A DNA stretch of 63,586 nt, counting the filler, from Psammoneis japonica (Eukaryota), in the NCBI GenBank assembly GCA_008632985.1. It is 5 parts of 5 records of this genome, joined end to end, with 100 filler letters (N's around TTAATTAATTAA, not from the genome) between each part and the next. Parts side by side here need not be neighbours in the genome. Positions count along the whole stretch, not along the records: positions 1 to 15,855 come from QPGO01000168.1; 4 more parts are not named here. One strand, written 5' to 3'. Shown piece after piece: positions 1 through 13,269 of this stretch (positions within the stretch are counted from its first letter, which is position 1; every line of letters starts with the position of its first letter). Below the pieces are notes generated by a model. That model had not been told where the DNA came from and did not search any database. It saw only the letters and a program-made list of their open reading frames with translations. The position numbers and the translations under genes are program-made.

Positions 1-339
1 CTCCCTGACAGAATCCGACTCAGAGGAGTTTGCTTGAAGCTTTGCAGGAAAGACGATGAAGACATTGATTGATGCCGAAAATGCAACCATTGCAATCAAG
101 ATGCTGTTCAATGAGAAACGAGAGAGTTTCATCCTACTTTGAAAAGGACAACGATTGGTTCGTGCCTGCACTGAAGAAACCGACTGTTGACTCGACAATA
201 CACCATCGAAGGGCACAGTAGAGGGAGAGGCCTATGATACTTCGGCTTTCGACCACCACGGTCGTCGCCATTTAGCAAAAACCGGCAATCGCAAACGCAC
301 CCGCGGTGAAGTGAAAACTAGAAGAAAATGTGAAATACC

Positions 340-450
340 CGCAGCCAAAAGTAAGTTCCGCCGACCAAAATGACGTTTTCGGGAAACAAAATCATTTTGC
401 ACCGACCAAAATGCTCATTTTGGGGGACCAAAATGCACATTCGGGAAACA
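340..450. repeat. Short subterminal-type repeats (CCGACCAAAATG and variants) at the edge of a degenerate element
   Basis: GACCAAAATG occurs at ~363, ~404 and ~426, and TTCGGGAAAC occurs twice; these lie directly before the TpA-depleted block. Confidence 0.5.
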
Positions 451-469
451 CTAATTGCAACATGCTGGC

Positions 470-3400
470 TTTGTCTTTGTTGCAACTCATGAGCAAACCA
501 GCTCAAATCCACCTTCACTGCTGGACGTTCTGGACTTTTTACAATGTGGGAAAGGTGCATGTTAACTGCATTTACCCAGCAATGCAGAGCCAAGTCACAT
601 GTGCTGGAAATGGTGTCCACTTCAATCTGCTGCTCTTGTTCCAAATGCCCAGCCATGCTGTTGTGGGCTGCATCTGTTGTCAAAAGAATGGAGAAACTGT
701 CTTCATTTGTCATGTCTGAACCTGCACTGCTGCCAGAATCTTGTTCTTCAGCAATGTCTCCACTGTTGTCACCTGCTTGAAATGGGGGCATTCCTTCTTC
801 AGAAGCATCCATTGCAGCCAGCGTGAACTCTTCAAGTTGCTCATCTGATGTGCCACGCAAAACAGCTGTGCACTGAGCATCTGCATCATCTTCTTCAAAA
901 ACAAGCTGGCCAAGTCATTTTGTTGCTGCTCCACTCAACAACAAGTCATTGCCAATTGCAAGTGATTGTCATTGGCCAAACCAATTTTTCATCATNNNNN
1001 NNNNNNNNNNNNNNNNNNNNNNNNNNNNNNNNNNNNNNNNNNNNNNNNNNNNNNNNNNNNNNNNNNNNNNNNNNNNNNNNNNNNNNNNGTGGTTCTTTCC
1101 CATTCTGTTGTCCTTTTCATGTTGTTGATGCAAATCTCATTCCTGCAATTGTGGGTTGGGCAAGCACATTTCACCACTTTGCTGCAACTGGAGTGTGCAA
1201 CCCCATTGTCTCATGCAGCCACTGCCAACGGGGGTGCTTGTGTGCGGTGCATTTTGCAAGGACTTGTCCACCAAAGTTGATCAAGCAGTCTTCTTTTGTC
1301 TTTCCACATTCTTGCCAATTTCTTCAACCACATGAACTGCAACATCATGTCTGCTCCACAAATCATCTGGCAAGGATCCACCAGCTCTTGTGCAGCCAAA
1401 ATTTCCATTGCTTTGCACCCACCAATTGGGGTGATCAACTTTTCCATGATGACTGCACAGGCTTTTTTCCAACTCCTCAATGCAGGAAATGTCTCAGCCA
1501 CAAATTGAAGCTCCATGATTCCATCATGCAACTGCGCCTTGACCGTCAAATTTAAAATGGAGTCATTTCCATCAGTCACATCTGTGTGCAAAAAGACACT
1601 TTGCAGCAGCATTTGCCTGCCCAATCTCAGCAGGTGTTCTGGCACATCTGATGATGCAGGGACAGTGACAAGGTCTTCAACATCTCCAAGTGACTCTGAC
1701 ACAAATGTCGGATCACAATGCAGCCCACTTCTCAAAGTCCAAAAGAAGTTCTCCATGATCTTTTTGTTTTCATTTCTTTTCTTGAACGGAGTGTGACTTG
1801 TTCCGGCAACACATTTTGATGGAAAGCACTTTTCCACAGCTTCAACCAACAGCCAGCCTTGCCATTTTTCTGCTGCATTTGCCAAATCTGCCACTGCTTT
1901 CCAGCTCTCTTTTGCCAAAGAAAGCCATGCAACAGTTGTCCACAATGCACGGGTGTCTGCCAGCATGGCTGTTTCCAACTTGACAAATGGTTGTCGCATG
2001 ACAGGAAAAGCAGCTCTGCATTTGTCAACAGTGGTGACCACAGAGCAACAGTCTTGTCCACAGATGTTTGCATTGAGTGGTCCCCAAACATCCTTCCTCA
2101 GCTCCAAAAGACAAAAGCGCTGAACCATCGTTCTTTGACAAAGATTTTGCTTTGACAGCATCTTCCATTGGAGCAAACATTGAACCTTTTCCATGCATTT
2201 GCCTTGACCTCTCAATCCTTTCCTTGTCACATTTCAAACTCCCCTGTTGCATCTTTTCTTTTACAAGCCACACAGGAATCTTCCTTCCTTCTTGTCCAAG
2301 CAACATGCATGATTTTTCACATCATCTCATCCTGCAATGCATGGTGCATCACAATTCTTTGAAATGATGTTGTGCCCACATTGCGGTCACCTTCATTGCA
2401 CATCATTGCAGAATCAACCCCTCTTCAATGACATGCCATTCAACTCAATTGGAAGGAATTGCTGTGTCAATGAAACCAAACTGTGCGAATGCTCTTCGGG
2501 CGCAAAACTGCAGGAGCAAATTGGTCTGATGAAGAACACATGAGTGGCCCTGTCAGATTTGTTGGCATGTGAATGTGCATGTGTCTGTTGTTTTTTGATC
2601 ATGACACCAGCAATTCAACACAACTGGTCCTTTGCCATCTTTGCATGCCAGAGATGGGGAACAATGCCAGCAATCGTTCGACAAGGTGTCATGGTCAGAA
2701 TCCAAGAAATTTCTGCAAATGCCAGCAAGGAAACCAGGCTCCTTTTGACCACTCACAAAACAAGTGCATTTGTCCACACAATTGAGAAACCATCCAAAGG
2801 TGATGTTGAAAGGAACATCTTGCACCTCGTCAAGAAATTCTGAACATCCCCGCAGATGTTTGACAATTGGTGTGCTGCTTTCATTTTTCATCTGTTGCTT
2901 GCACCAAAAGCAAACATTGCACTCCATTTGTTGCATCCATTCATGCACCCCTTTCCAATGATGCTCGTGCAAAATGAGATTTGGGGCTTGTCAAAGCAAT
3001 CCTTTGAAACTCTGTGAATTTGCAAGATTTTGCTGATCTGCCAAATTTTCCATTCTTGCAACAACAAGCACCAAAGTTTGCACCCATGCCAAACACATGC
3101 TGGCCAACAGTGCCGGCTCAACAAATGATCCTTTTTCATTTTGGGTGGTGCAATCAGCTGCTTGGCATCAATGACAAACAGCCGCCATTGCTTTGCCTTG
3201 AGCATCTCTTGCTTTTAAATTGCTGAACTTCCAGCGGGTTTTGACAACGGCTGAAGACACTTCATGCAATCCCGCATCCCTCACACACAATGTTTTTTCA
3301 GTCTGCACTCCATTTTGAGTCCCGTGGCAACTGCGGCACACTCAAATTTTTTTCACTTCCTTCATCGCAGCAGATTGCTCCGAGACCATGTGCTGTGCTG

Positions 3401-3780
3401 GCATCTGCTGCTTCTTCATCTTCACATTGAGCATCACTCAAATTTGTGCCACTTCTGTCATTCACATCACATCTTCCAATTGGTGCTCCTTTTCCCGACA
3501 AGCTCCGCTTGCAAAGCCATTTGTCGTTTCCTCATTGTGCCACCTGGTTGCTGGCAGTGCGAGCTTCTTTTGACGTTTCTGCACAAAGTTTTCATTTTGT
3601 TTGCAAAGAACTTCCAGCCTTGTCCATTCTCGTCTCCATTGATGCCATGTCCAAATTGCTTTCCATTGTTTGTTTCTCTTTCTTGTGCCATGTTGTAGCA
3701 CGATTGCTCATGCTTGACACAGTGACAAATCTCGTTTTTGTTTCACACATTTTACACAATCAACAACACTGCCTGAATGT
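470..3780 (-). mobile_element. Unclassified degenerate repeat/TE relic with broken minus-strand reading frames; TpA- and largely CpG-depleted
   Basis: Near absence of TA, excess of TG/CA, Cys/His-rich overlapping ORFs in all frames; no recognisable domain; N gap at 996-1088. Confidence 0.55.
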
Positions 3781-4051
3781 TTAGAATTGACACATTTTCC
3801 AATTTGTGACACATGCACGATTCGTTTCATTTAACGCACATAGAGTGCAATTACTTATTACTCCCCTTAAAAGATGACCTTCTACGTACATATGAACAGG
3901 GACATAAATGGACATTTCTGGTGCGGGTATCCCACACTTTTTGACGACTTACCAAATACCGACCCACAAACTGCGTCTCCATTTTGCCGAATTCAGTGGT
4001 CGCACACTTCTTCTTTTTCCCGTCCCCTCATCCCTCATCGCCAATCAAAAG

Positions 4052-5023
4052 ATGGACCTGACAGTAAAAGCACACCCAAAGCCGGCCTCTGCGTGTGTTT
4101 CTGTTGTCTGCGGGCTTTCTGTTTTCTGGCTTGCAAACACATGGCTCTGCATGACGGCCTTTTTGAAGAATGCTGACGACTTTGGCATCAATTTTGTCGC
4201 TCAAACCCCAGAAACGTTCGAGAACAAGACTCGTCATTTCGAAGTTGACGGTGCAGAGGAGGAAACTCATGTCAAATCACAATCCGACTTGCTGGATGCA
4301 AAGCTTTCAAAAAACGTCGAGAACGCCCAACAAGTAATGAAACTCGAGGGTTACCCTTGGTCAGACATGGATTGGAGCGCTGGCGTAAGCATCTGCGGCT
4401 ATCACAAGTGCCACTTTAATTCTGCCACAAACCCTGCACTGGGATATTTGGTGTCAGGCGGAAGATCCCATGAAGACATGATAAAGGCGTTTCACTTTGA
4501 AGAAGAGTTGAGTTCGAATTACGGCATTACAAAGTTGGGAATGGAATGCCCCTACAAGGTTGAGCTTACCGAAAAACAGCTGGCCGTGCTGAATTCCTAT
4601 GTCCGCCAACCCCAACGAGAAACTGTTGGCTTGCCCGTTCGTTCGCCTTTTGGAGAAAATCCGGTTGTTACGCTGCAAAAGACGAGACGCATCCCCGAGC
4701 CAAACCTGTTGGTGGGAACCGTAGGAGCCAACTTTGAACTTACCGTGAGACAGTTGGAAACTTTTCGTCCCCTGATTGCGAATCCAAAGTCGTTTCAGCT
4801 AAAATTCCAAGAGGAAGTGAAGCGAACAGCAGACATGATTGCGGAGCATGCTGATCTAGCGTTTGACTTTCAAGTCATGGTTGATGGGAATGGAACCTTT
4901 TACCACTTGGATTTGGACCGCGCAAGCGAAGAAAGGCGCAAACGTACGAATCACACGTGGCAGGACGCCTCGACAAAGCTGGAACTGATTCTCGATTCAT
5001 TGCAAGTCCGGTCCAAAAAATGA
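4052..5023 (+). CDS. Hypothetical type II membrane protein with a C-terminal DFQ...DLDR motif (ORF open from 3908)
   Basis: Single uninterrupted ORF of normal composition; hydrophobic segment CVSVVCGLSVFWLANTWLCMTAFL near the N-terminus; DFQVMVDGNGTFYHLDLDR near the C-terminus. Confidence 0.7.
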   Translation: MDLTVKAHPKPASACVSVVCGLSVFWLANTWLCMTAFLKNADDFGINFVAQTPETFENKTRHFEVDGAEEETHVKSQSDLLDAKLSKNVENAQQVMKLEGYPWSDMDWSAGVSICGYHKCHFNSATNPALGYLVSGGRSHEDMIKAFHFEEELSSNYGITKLGMECPYKVELTEKQLAVLNSYVRQPQRETVGLPVRSPFGENPVVTLQKTRRIPEPNLLVGTVGANFELTVRQLETFRPLIANPKSFQLKFQEEVKRTADMIAEHADLAFDFQVMVDGNGTFYHLDLDRASEERRKRTNHTWQDASTKLELILDSLQVRSKK

Positions 5024-5310
5024 CAAAAGCTTCACTGCCAGCGGCTGTGTGCTGTTACCGCTGTGCTGTTTCAGTTCCCAGCATGGCGATGCCGTTGTTA
5101 TAAATACCAAATCTGCAACTTTTTGAAGGATGTGCCTTTTTCGGAAGCTAGCCTATTTTCCAAATGCGAGATGCATTCCACCCTTTCTAGAGTACAATAC
5201 CAGCTGCGTTGACTGCTGCACAGTGTTGGCGCGAATTCACTGCACCCAGCACCGGTGAAAGAATGATGTGTTTCTATGAAGAGAGAAATTTTTAAGCTAA
5301 AAGGCAACCT

Positions 5311-7587
5311 CTAGAATGGAACGTCGTCGTAGTCCTGCGGTTTCGGTATCTCCGCTATTGGTCGTTTGTTGTAGGTACGAGATTTTCTTGGTGACATTGA
5401 CGTTGCAGCTTTTTGCTGTCGATTGCGCTGTGTTACCCGGTCCTGAAACCTCCGCTTCAAGTCCTTCAATCCCATTGTTTCGTACAACGCTGTAAGCCTT
5501 TCCGTGTCTATTGGTTCTATCCTTAGATCGGCAACTCTTGCATTCCGGGGAAATGTCATGTTGTGCACGGGGATCTGGCGTTCCAATTCCACTAGCTTTC
5601 TCGACAACAAGGCCTTATCGGTGTTGTTTACAATCTTTTCTCGTCGTGCCGTCTGCGGAATTGTTTCAGCTTGTTTCAAGAGATTTTCCAAAGACCCAAA
5701 CTCCTGCAAAAGCTGCGACGCAATCTTGGGTCCAATGCCAGGCACACCCGGAATATTATCGGATGAATCCCCCGCCAGAGCGAGTAAATCTCCCACCTTT
5801 TCGGGTGACACTCCCCACTTTTCCACGACGGCCTCATGGTCAATACGAGCCATTGTCATTGGATCAATCATGATGACGCGTGGCGAGGCGTTCCTATGGA
5901 ATGGGCGAGGAGATAGAGTTGAGAAAGAGCAGGTAGAGAACGAGATTAATGCACAAAATAAACAGCAATACTCACTTTGGTGTCACAAGCTGCATGAGAT
6001 CCTTGTCGCCCGACAAGATGTTGACATTGATACCATCGTTGATTGCCATGGTGGCAAGAGTCGCAATGACATCGTCTGCTTCGTATGAGTTGGCCTCGAG
6101 TTGTTGAATACCATAGGCAGTGGCAACGTCTCGAATCAAATCAAACTGTGGAATCAAGTCCATGGGACATTCCTTGCGGTTGGCCTTGTAATCTCGGTAC
6201 AAATCGTGCCGAAAAGTCTTGCCCTTGGCGTCAAAAACCAATACAATGCGTGGACATTCTCCGTCCAGCAGTCGTTGCATTACCAATCGATTGAGCATGT
6301 TACAAAAGCCAAGAACAGCTAAGAATGAAAGCATAGAAGCGAGTGAGTGAGCCAATTATGTAGTCCCATGAAGCAAGAGAAATGATCCTTCTCACCTCCT
6401 ACAGGCATTCCATCGGCTCGATGAAGAGGAGGCATGCTATAATAAGCACGAAAGATGTAGGCTGATGCATCAACCAAGAGCAAGGCATCCCCATTAGCCG
6501 AATCCTTGTCTTTTACTCCCGCCGATGACTCCATAACATTGACAACACGCTCTTTCGGTTTCTTTTGAATTCGCTTGATGGAACGAGAGCACGCACGCCA
6601 CTGCAAAATCAAGTCAGCCAAGACATTGCCTGCGGCCCCCATGGCTTCAAGAGTCTCCTTGTTTGTGCTTTGTTTGGAATCAGCACCAAAGAGTACTTGC
6701 GAAACCTGTTTCGGACTGTTGACATTGAATTCCTTGTTATTGTTCATGGCATAAATTTCTGACTTCAATTTCTCCAGACGAGATTGTAGAACATCTAGTT
6801 CCGTCGTGACACCGTTGCCCGACGACCCTCGCTTCATGACTTCTGCATTAGACAGCTTTCGTTGTTGTGGATCAGAACGCAGTGTTTCTGGAGTAATCGA
6901 TGAGGTGGGTATTGGTTTAGTCGGTTGAAATATATCGACTTCTGGTGAACGCGTTGGGCTGTTTCCATCGAGTATTTGCGGTGCAACAGAGGCAAGTGGC
7001 TTGTTTGCTTTTGATTTTTCTTGTTGGGACACATAATCACTTAGACTGTAAACCACCTTGGGAGTTGTCGAGCGTATGGAAGTTATTTGCGGATCTCGTG
7101 GTTGCAAATCCTCAACGTCAAAGGGCAAAACAACATCGTGCTCTTCTTGATTGGGTTGGGGATGATCGTCTGTAAAGCGGCTGACAGCAGAGTTACTCAC
7201 ATCCTCTTTTATTGGTGTCACTGTGTTCGATACAAGGTCAATGTCCTCCTCCAAGTCTCCAAAATCAAAAGGCGAATCCATAACGACGTCGTCTTCTGGT
7301 AAGAACGAAGAAGAAGCTTTCGGAACGTTGTTCTTGTTGCTCTCGCTATTCTTTTGTAATGAACTGGCGTCTTCAAAAATCAAAGCATCAAAGGCAGCAT
7401 GACGCAACTTGACATTGTCGACTGGATCGTCTTGCTCTTTTCTGGAGCTAAAAACTGACGTGCTGCTGCGACGATTTATAAAAGATCTTTTGCAACACGA
7501 TTGAATCACATACGATGCAGCAGCTCTCTGCTGACATTTGAGCAACAACAACAGCAACATTGTGGAGCTCCAGAGTTGTAGTTGCAT
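5311..7587 (-). CDS. DNA polymerase I-type 5'-3' exonuclease/flap endonuclease, probably organelle-targeted; exons 7587-6396, 6318-5976, 5893-5311
   Basis: Motifs LLVDASAYIFRAYY, VFDAKGKTFRHDLYRDYKANR, YEADDVIAT, SGDKDLMQL and H3TH GDSSDNIPGVPGIGPKIA; GT-AG introns 6319-6395 and 5894-5975 restore the frame; hydrophobic N-terminus; start codon uncertain. Confidence 0.92.
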
Positions 7588-7899
7588 CACGACAACGTCA
7601 AAGACAGCACTGTCGGCACCATGCAGGAGGTGTAGAATACCGGTAAAGCCAATCGCAATAGTATTTACAGGGTGTAGGGCCGGTTTTGTTTTTGTTGTGT
7701 CGCTCGCTGCACCTTCAGGGGACCCGGAGACGGAGCGCCGTTGACGAAGAGAGAAGAACAGTGAGCCAGCAGAGGCTCGTTCTGGTGACTTGTGGTGCAC
7801 TGCTTCCAAATCAGTCGTCCGACACGGGAACAGCTCATGAGCGAAGAACCCCTGCGTGAGCAGGGGAGGCACAAACCACTCTCTCTTGATGGCCTCCAA

Positions 7900-8850
7900 T
7901 TCTGCGCTGCACCATTGCCTGATGGCGGCTGCCCTCTTTCACTCCCTCCTCCCTTCTTCTCTGTTGTGGCTGCTGGTGCACTCCCTGCAAAGCTTGCTGG
8001 TTGGCTGTGGCACAAGCCATGAGGAGCCAGATCTTGAGCAGGAGAGCTTGTGCCTTCAGGACACCAGAGATGAACTCTTTTCAGAAACCACTGATGATGG
8101 CTCTCCTGAGCTGGGCGACAGTTCTGGGCTGATCTTTTTGCACGCGACGATCACTGAATGCACGCACTCCACCCGCCGTGCGGAACATGACAAAAACCGA
8201 AGTGCTCTTCTCTTCTCGGGTTTTCCGAAAGTGTGCGATGGGGCATTCCAGCATCTCTGCCTTGCAAAGGGTGCCGACAAAAAATGGCGCTGATGCTCCA
8301 ATGCCTGGAGAACCAAGCAGAGCACGGTTTGAATTCCTTTTGAGCGTGTCTTGACGGAAACACCCAAGTGTCCCCTTCATGCAATCACGGATGTAGATTT
8401 GACCCGGCAGGAATTCGTTGTCCGCCAATTTCAGGGGGCAGCATTTTTTCCAGGCTGACAATCTGACTCCCCGCCGACAGGTCAAAACAACCAAACAACG
8501 GTCTGAGGGCTGCCGAGCCAATGTGTGGGAACATGAGATGACAGAAAAAGAAGCGCACCCAAATGGACTCGAACCACGAGTCTCGGAATGCCCGGGGATC
8601 GCACCCGGAGATCAGCTCTAGCCCACCCCTTTCGGAGGGGGATTTTTCTTCAATTGTTTGAACCCCACAGAGGAGATGGTGAGTCTCGCTCCGCACTGAC
8701 TGCCCGTTGAGGCTGGTGGGGCCTCGAACAATCAGACACACTCACACAATGTCGCGGGATTGAAATTGAATCCCTTCCACAGAGGGAAGGTTGTCCGGAA
8801 TGTCGTCATGCTTTGGAGCATCTCTCGTGCCAGAACGAGTTGTCATTGCG
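7900..8850 (-). pseudogene. Degenerate Crinkler (CRN)-like P-loop NTPase
   Basis: IYIRDCM followed by LLGSPGIGAS (Walker A GxPGIGKS with K lost), then FFVGTLCKA and PIAHFRKT; frameshifts; family assigned from recalled motif similarity. Confidence 0.5.
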
Positions 8851-11407
8851 GCCGCTGCTTCTTCTTCCAGGTCCATTTCCGTGGCCGTTCCCCCCATCAA
8901 GCCCTCAGCATCGTCTGTCTTTGCTTTCTTGCTCGTTGTTGGCTGCTGTGCTTGTTGCAGGCGATGCAACTGGAGAAGTGAGACTGCCGAAGCAAGACGG
9001 CTTCGTGCCGCTGCGCTGTGCGCACGCATCACAGCGGTTTGCACGAGAAAACGGTGAGCGTGTTTGTCTGTGTAAAAAACAATCAGGTGCATCACAAATG
9101 TGAGGAATTGGGAATTTGTCAAACGGAAGATCTGTGAAAAATGCACGGGCGGTGTCACCGCACAAAAATGTTTTCTTTCACAGAATGGTCGTCAACATGA
9201 GGTGACGAACGTGAACTGCATTTCATGCAATCCCCCAGACCCAGGAAAAAATGAGATGTGTTGCACTTCATGGTGTCACTGAGGTGATGTGTCATTGTTT
9301 CCTGGGTCTGGGTTGTGCTGATGATGTTGTCATCATCGATGTGGCTGACAATGGCGGATGGAATCTTGCTTGCCGCGTTTCTCCCAGTTCATCTGTGTGG
9401 AATTCCATGCAAAGAATGTGCCAGTTGTTGGCATCAAATTTCTTGGCAGCATCAATGCCGCGGTTGCAACTCCGTCGATCTCAGTTGTTTGCTCGGTGTC
9501 ATGCTTGAAGTGCCTTGCATCCATCGGTTCCCCAACATGTTGAACTGCCGCATTGTGTGGTGTCATTTCCTGAGTGGAGTCGCGCAGACCAAAAATTTGG
9601 TTTTTCAAAACCACTCGGATCAACCATGCGATTTGTTGTCGAGAAATCCACTGTCGGCCGAACAGATCAAGGATCCAGGCGATTCAATCGCAGGACCTCA
9701 GTGATTTTGACTTCTTTGTGATGAAGGAGATGCTCACAGACTGTGACATTAGAATCTTGCTGCAAGAAGGTCACTTTCACAGCTGTTTGCAGGCGAATCC
9801 AAAGTCTTCCGACTCGCCCACAAACAGGACGACATTGAGCCATGGCAAACTCTGTCCAGCAAGCAGCTTGACTCTGATGATGAATTGATGAGAAATCTGC
9901 ACACTTGGTGAAGACATCTGATGCTTGCAAGGGCAGTCTTCAAAGATTGCAACTCTCAAATGCCACTGCAGGTGTGTGCAAGCAAGGTGCATTGTTTGAG
10001 TTGCTGCTTGCAACAGTGTGAGAAGGCCAGGCACCTGGCATTTGAGAATGACCTTTCTCGCCAACTTTGGACTGTGTGCGCCATGTGCAACATGGTGTTG
10101 AGGAACTCAATCAGGTGGTGGATTGTTGTCTTGGGCATTTTGTCACCCCGTCGGCACAGCTTCAGATAGACTGCGACAACATTGGTGCGTGCAATGCTTG
10201 TTGGAGTCTCTGGTGTGCTCAATGACCAACTGCGTCTGCAACACCTCATCCGGGAGTCTTTTGCACATCATGGAATGCGTCAAAGGTGAGCAAAGCGAGT
10301 GTCCTTGTCGGAAAGGTTGTCAACACGACCACAAGAGGCAAGCTCTGCGAAGCGCGGTAAAAAGTGGAACGCGCTTCCGACCCAAAGGTGGCCTCTGGTG
10401 CACAACTGAGAAACGGCGGCTGTGAGTGCAGAACCACTCTAATGACAGAGAAGACCAAGACCCGAGAAAACTTGGTTCCATGCACCTGCAGCCTGCAACA
10501 CTCAGCAGCTCGATCGCACCATGATTCTGGGTGGTGCTTGAACCCTTGCGAAAACTGCATTCTCCGATCCAACAAACACGTGACCAGTTTCGGCTTCCAA
10601 CAGAAACGGTGACACTTGAGACCATCACTGGCATCATGAACAGCAAAGAGAAAATGTGCACTCCAACTTGCATCACCGGAAGCCTCCCGCACCTCGAACG
10701 AGCTGCTGTCTGTCACAACAAACGGAAGATGCTGCTCCGATGCGTTGTGCATGGGCAAAACCTCACTTCTGAATCGAATTTTGAGGGGACAAGCCCAGTG
10801 TGCATCAACCACATGCAATGCGACTCACAAATGACAAAAGAATGTAAAAACAACACTCTCATTGTCTCGGTCCTTTGCCATTGTCATGGTGACATGACAG
10901 CAGGCGGAGATGATAAAAGAGGTGAGAGCTTGGGCAATGAGCACAATTCACTGTTCGCCCCGAAACCGCGCGGTGAAACCGCTGTGGCATGTGGGTGTGG
11001 GCTTGTGCAAGTGATGCATGTCCCTGCTCATGCACAGAAATGCGCAGCAAGGTCCTGTGCATTTTCGATGGCACAGAACCTTGCCACGGGTTTCTGTGCC
11101 ATCTGCGACAAAGCTGCGTAGATTTGTGCCGAAAAAATCTGAGTGCTGTGCGTCTGCGGCAAGATCCACGTGAAAAGATCTTGAAACGTGCCCACCGAGC
11201 CGGCAGTCATGTGCCGGCCATCGTGAAAATTGTGTTGCGTCTGAGAAAGAGTTCGTCAGGGCCGGCGAACAACACACCTCTACGATGTGATTGGTGCAAA
11301 ATCCACGTAAATGCACAGAAACCAACATGTGGCTTCTGTGCAAATTAGAGCTCGTGAAAAACAAGCAGGGACATGCACCCGACGTGTCCGCACAACTGTG
11401 TGCCCAA

Positions 11408-11897
11408 GGTGGTGCGGGTGCAAAAGTGGGCCAGATTCTACGCACGTAGAGCTTAGTGTGTTTTCTACACAAATCGCCAAAGTCGGCTCGCCAGCTTGAA
11501 CCCTCTCCAGGACGATGGAAACTTGGACATTTCACACAACAAAGTGCTTCGACTGCTCAATTGCACTCTCCTCGACTTGTTCAGGGAGAGAAGTTACAAG
11601 TTTTCACAGGTTTCTGAGGACACACAACGAGTCTAATCAGAAAGGTGCCGAAATCGCGACGTTCGAATTTTGGAGAGCCATGCAAAATGAGAAACCCATG
11701 GAAGCTTGCAACTTCTCTTCACAAACAAGTCGAGGGGAGTGCAGTTGAGCAGTCCAAACACTTTGTTGTGTGAAATGTCCAAGTTTCCATCGTCCTGGAG
11801 AGGGTTCAAGCTGGCGAGCCGACTTTGCCGATTTGTGTAGAAAACACACTAAGCTCTACGTGAGTAGAATCTGGCCCACTTTTGTACCCGTACCACC
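11408..11897. mobile_element. 490-bp non-autonomous foldback/MITE with ~210-bp inverted arms; Kolobok-like GG..CC termini with a TTAA flank
   Basis: 11408-~11615 is the reverse complement of ~11690-11897; right flank TTAA (11898-11901), left flank CCAA (11404-11407). Confidence 0.75.
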
Positions 11898-13269
11898 TTA
11901 AAATCGGAACAGCGGCAAGGTTCCCGGCGGCGTCCGTGACTGAAATTTCACCAGGTGAAGTACGACAGTCGAATAATTCGATTGGACTCAAACGTTCCCG
12001 ATTTGGCATGAAAAACGGCATGTTGCACTTTGAAGTGCCTCGACATGGCAAACATCGTTGGGTCGACGTATCTTTCATGGGGGATCTTTTTTTCTATCGT
12101 TGTTGTAAAGAGGCTGATACATTGGTTTGATTTCTGGGGGAGGCTTCGGTTGCGACACACGGCGGTAGAGACTGTGGAGTGACTCGACTCGTGACTCAAC
12201 TGTTGCACGCTCTACGGGTAACACCTGAATGGTCGACAACGTTGCGGCGGTAAGTTCTTTCTGTGTTTATCCCTTTTATATCGTTTTCCTACTCACTAAA
12301 GATCATTGTTGCATTTTGTTACAGTTTGAAAGGTGGATGGATCGTCCCGTACGGTCGATTATGGTGTCTGTTTTGTTGGCATGTTTTCCAAGTCGTCGGC
12401 GCCACCAAAGCGTATCCGTTAAGGAGCTTTATGCTTCATCCCACTCTACATCCTTTGGTGAACCTATTATACATATTAAGATACATATTAGGGTGGTGTT
12501 GTGACGTGTTTGATTTGCTTGGAGGGGTCTTGGTCGGCTCGTAATCACTTCATGTCGTTTTTTGGCCGTCACAATTTCTGAAAAGTGCGCACCGTGGGAA
12601 CAAAACGACGCGATGGAGCCTCGGGGATACTTATGACGTTGGTATTTGTCAGACAGACTTGAATTACTCTAAAGAAGGTAAAACTGTGAGTATATTGTGA
12701 TTGATTGAGTTTTAGAGTCGTTTTGACGAAAGTCGTATACCTCACGAGCCTTTTTTTGTGCGTCTCGTTCACGCGTGCAGGTATCTGGTCTATGATGAGC
12801 CTTTTTTCCTACTCTACAATCGATTCTCTTCATTTTCGAAGACACAATATTGTCCACATTATTTTGGGAGATCTTGGTAGTGTGCCGACTAGTCCAGGCT
12901 TTGCACCGGGTAAAATGGAGAGGTGGAGGCTTGCACTGCCGGGCTCCTCGCCTCCTCTTGGATGCTCGGATGCCACGAACCGCTGGTGGTACTTGGGGCC
13001 TTAAAACTATGTAGGGTGTCTCAGAACTACCTCTGGAAGCTATCATAGTGAGTAATACTGTGATATGTGGCCTCAGTGGATTGTTATTGTGTACGTGGTT
13101 CCCCTCACATTTTCATTTTGCCTGTCATTTTTTCAGTTTCCGAGATGGGTACCGACTTGCAGTGGGCTGCGGGTGTCATGAACATGATCTGAAAACAGTG
13201 GTTAAAATTCGCCGTGTTGTCAAGCAGGGTTTTGCTGAGAATGGGCAGAAAGTACAGGACATGGCTGGA

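Larger units (their letters stand above)
7680..12228. mobile_element. Composite TpA-depleted repeat block with nested relics
   Basis: TA nearly absent from ~7690 to ~11100 and returns toward 12228; contains a CRN-like relic and a foldback element. Confidence 0.55.

Noticed and set aside
296..345. Possible Helitron 3' end at CTAG (318-321)
   Set aside because: The hairpin is only ~4 bp on one strand and absent on the other; insufficient support.
5504..6088. Antisense ORFs over real genes (also over PK, sulfatase, COG6 and Copia)
   Set aside because: Shadow frames of recognisable genes on the opposite strand.
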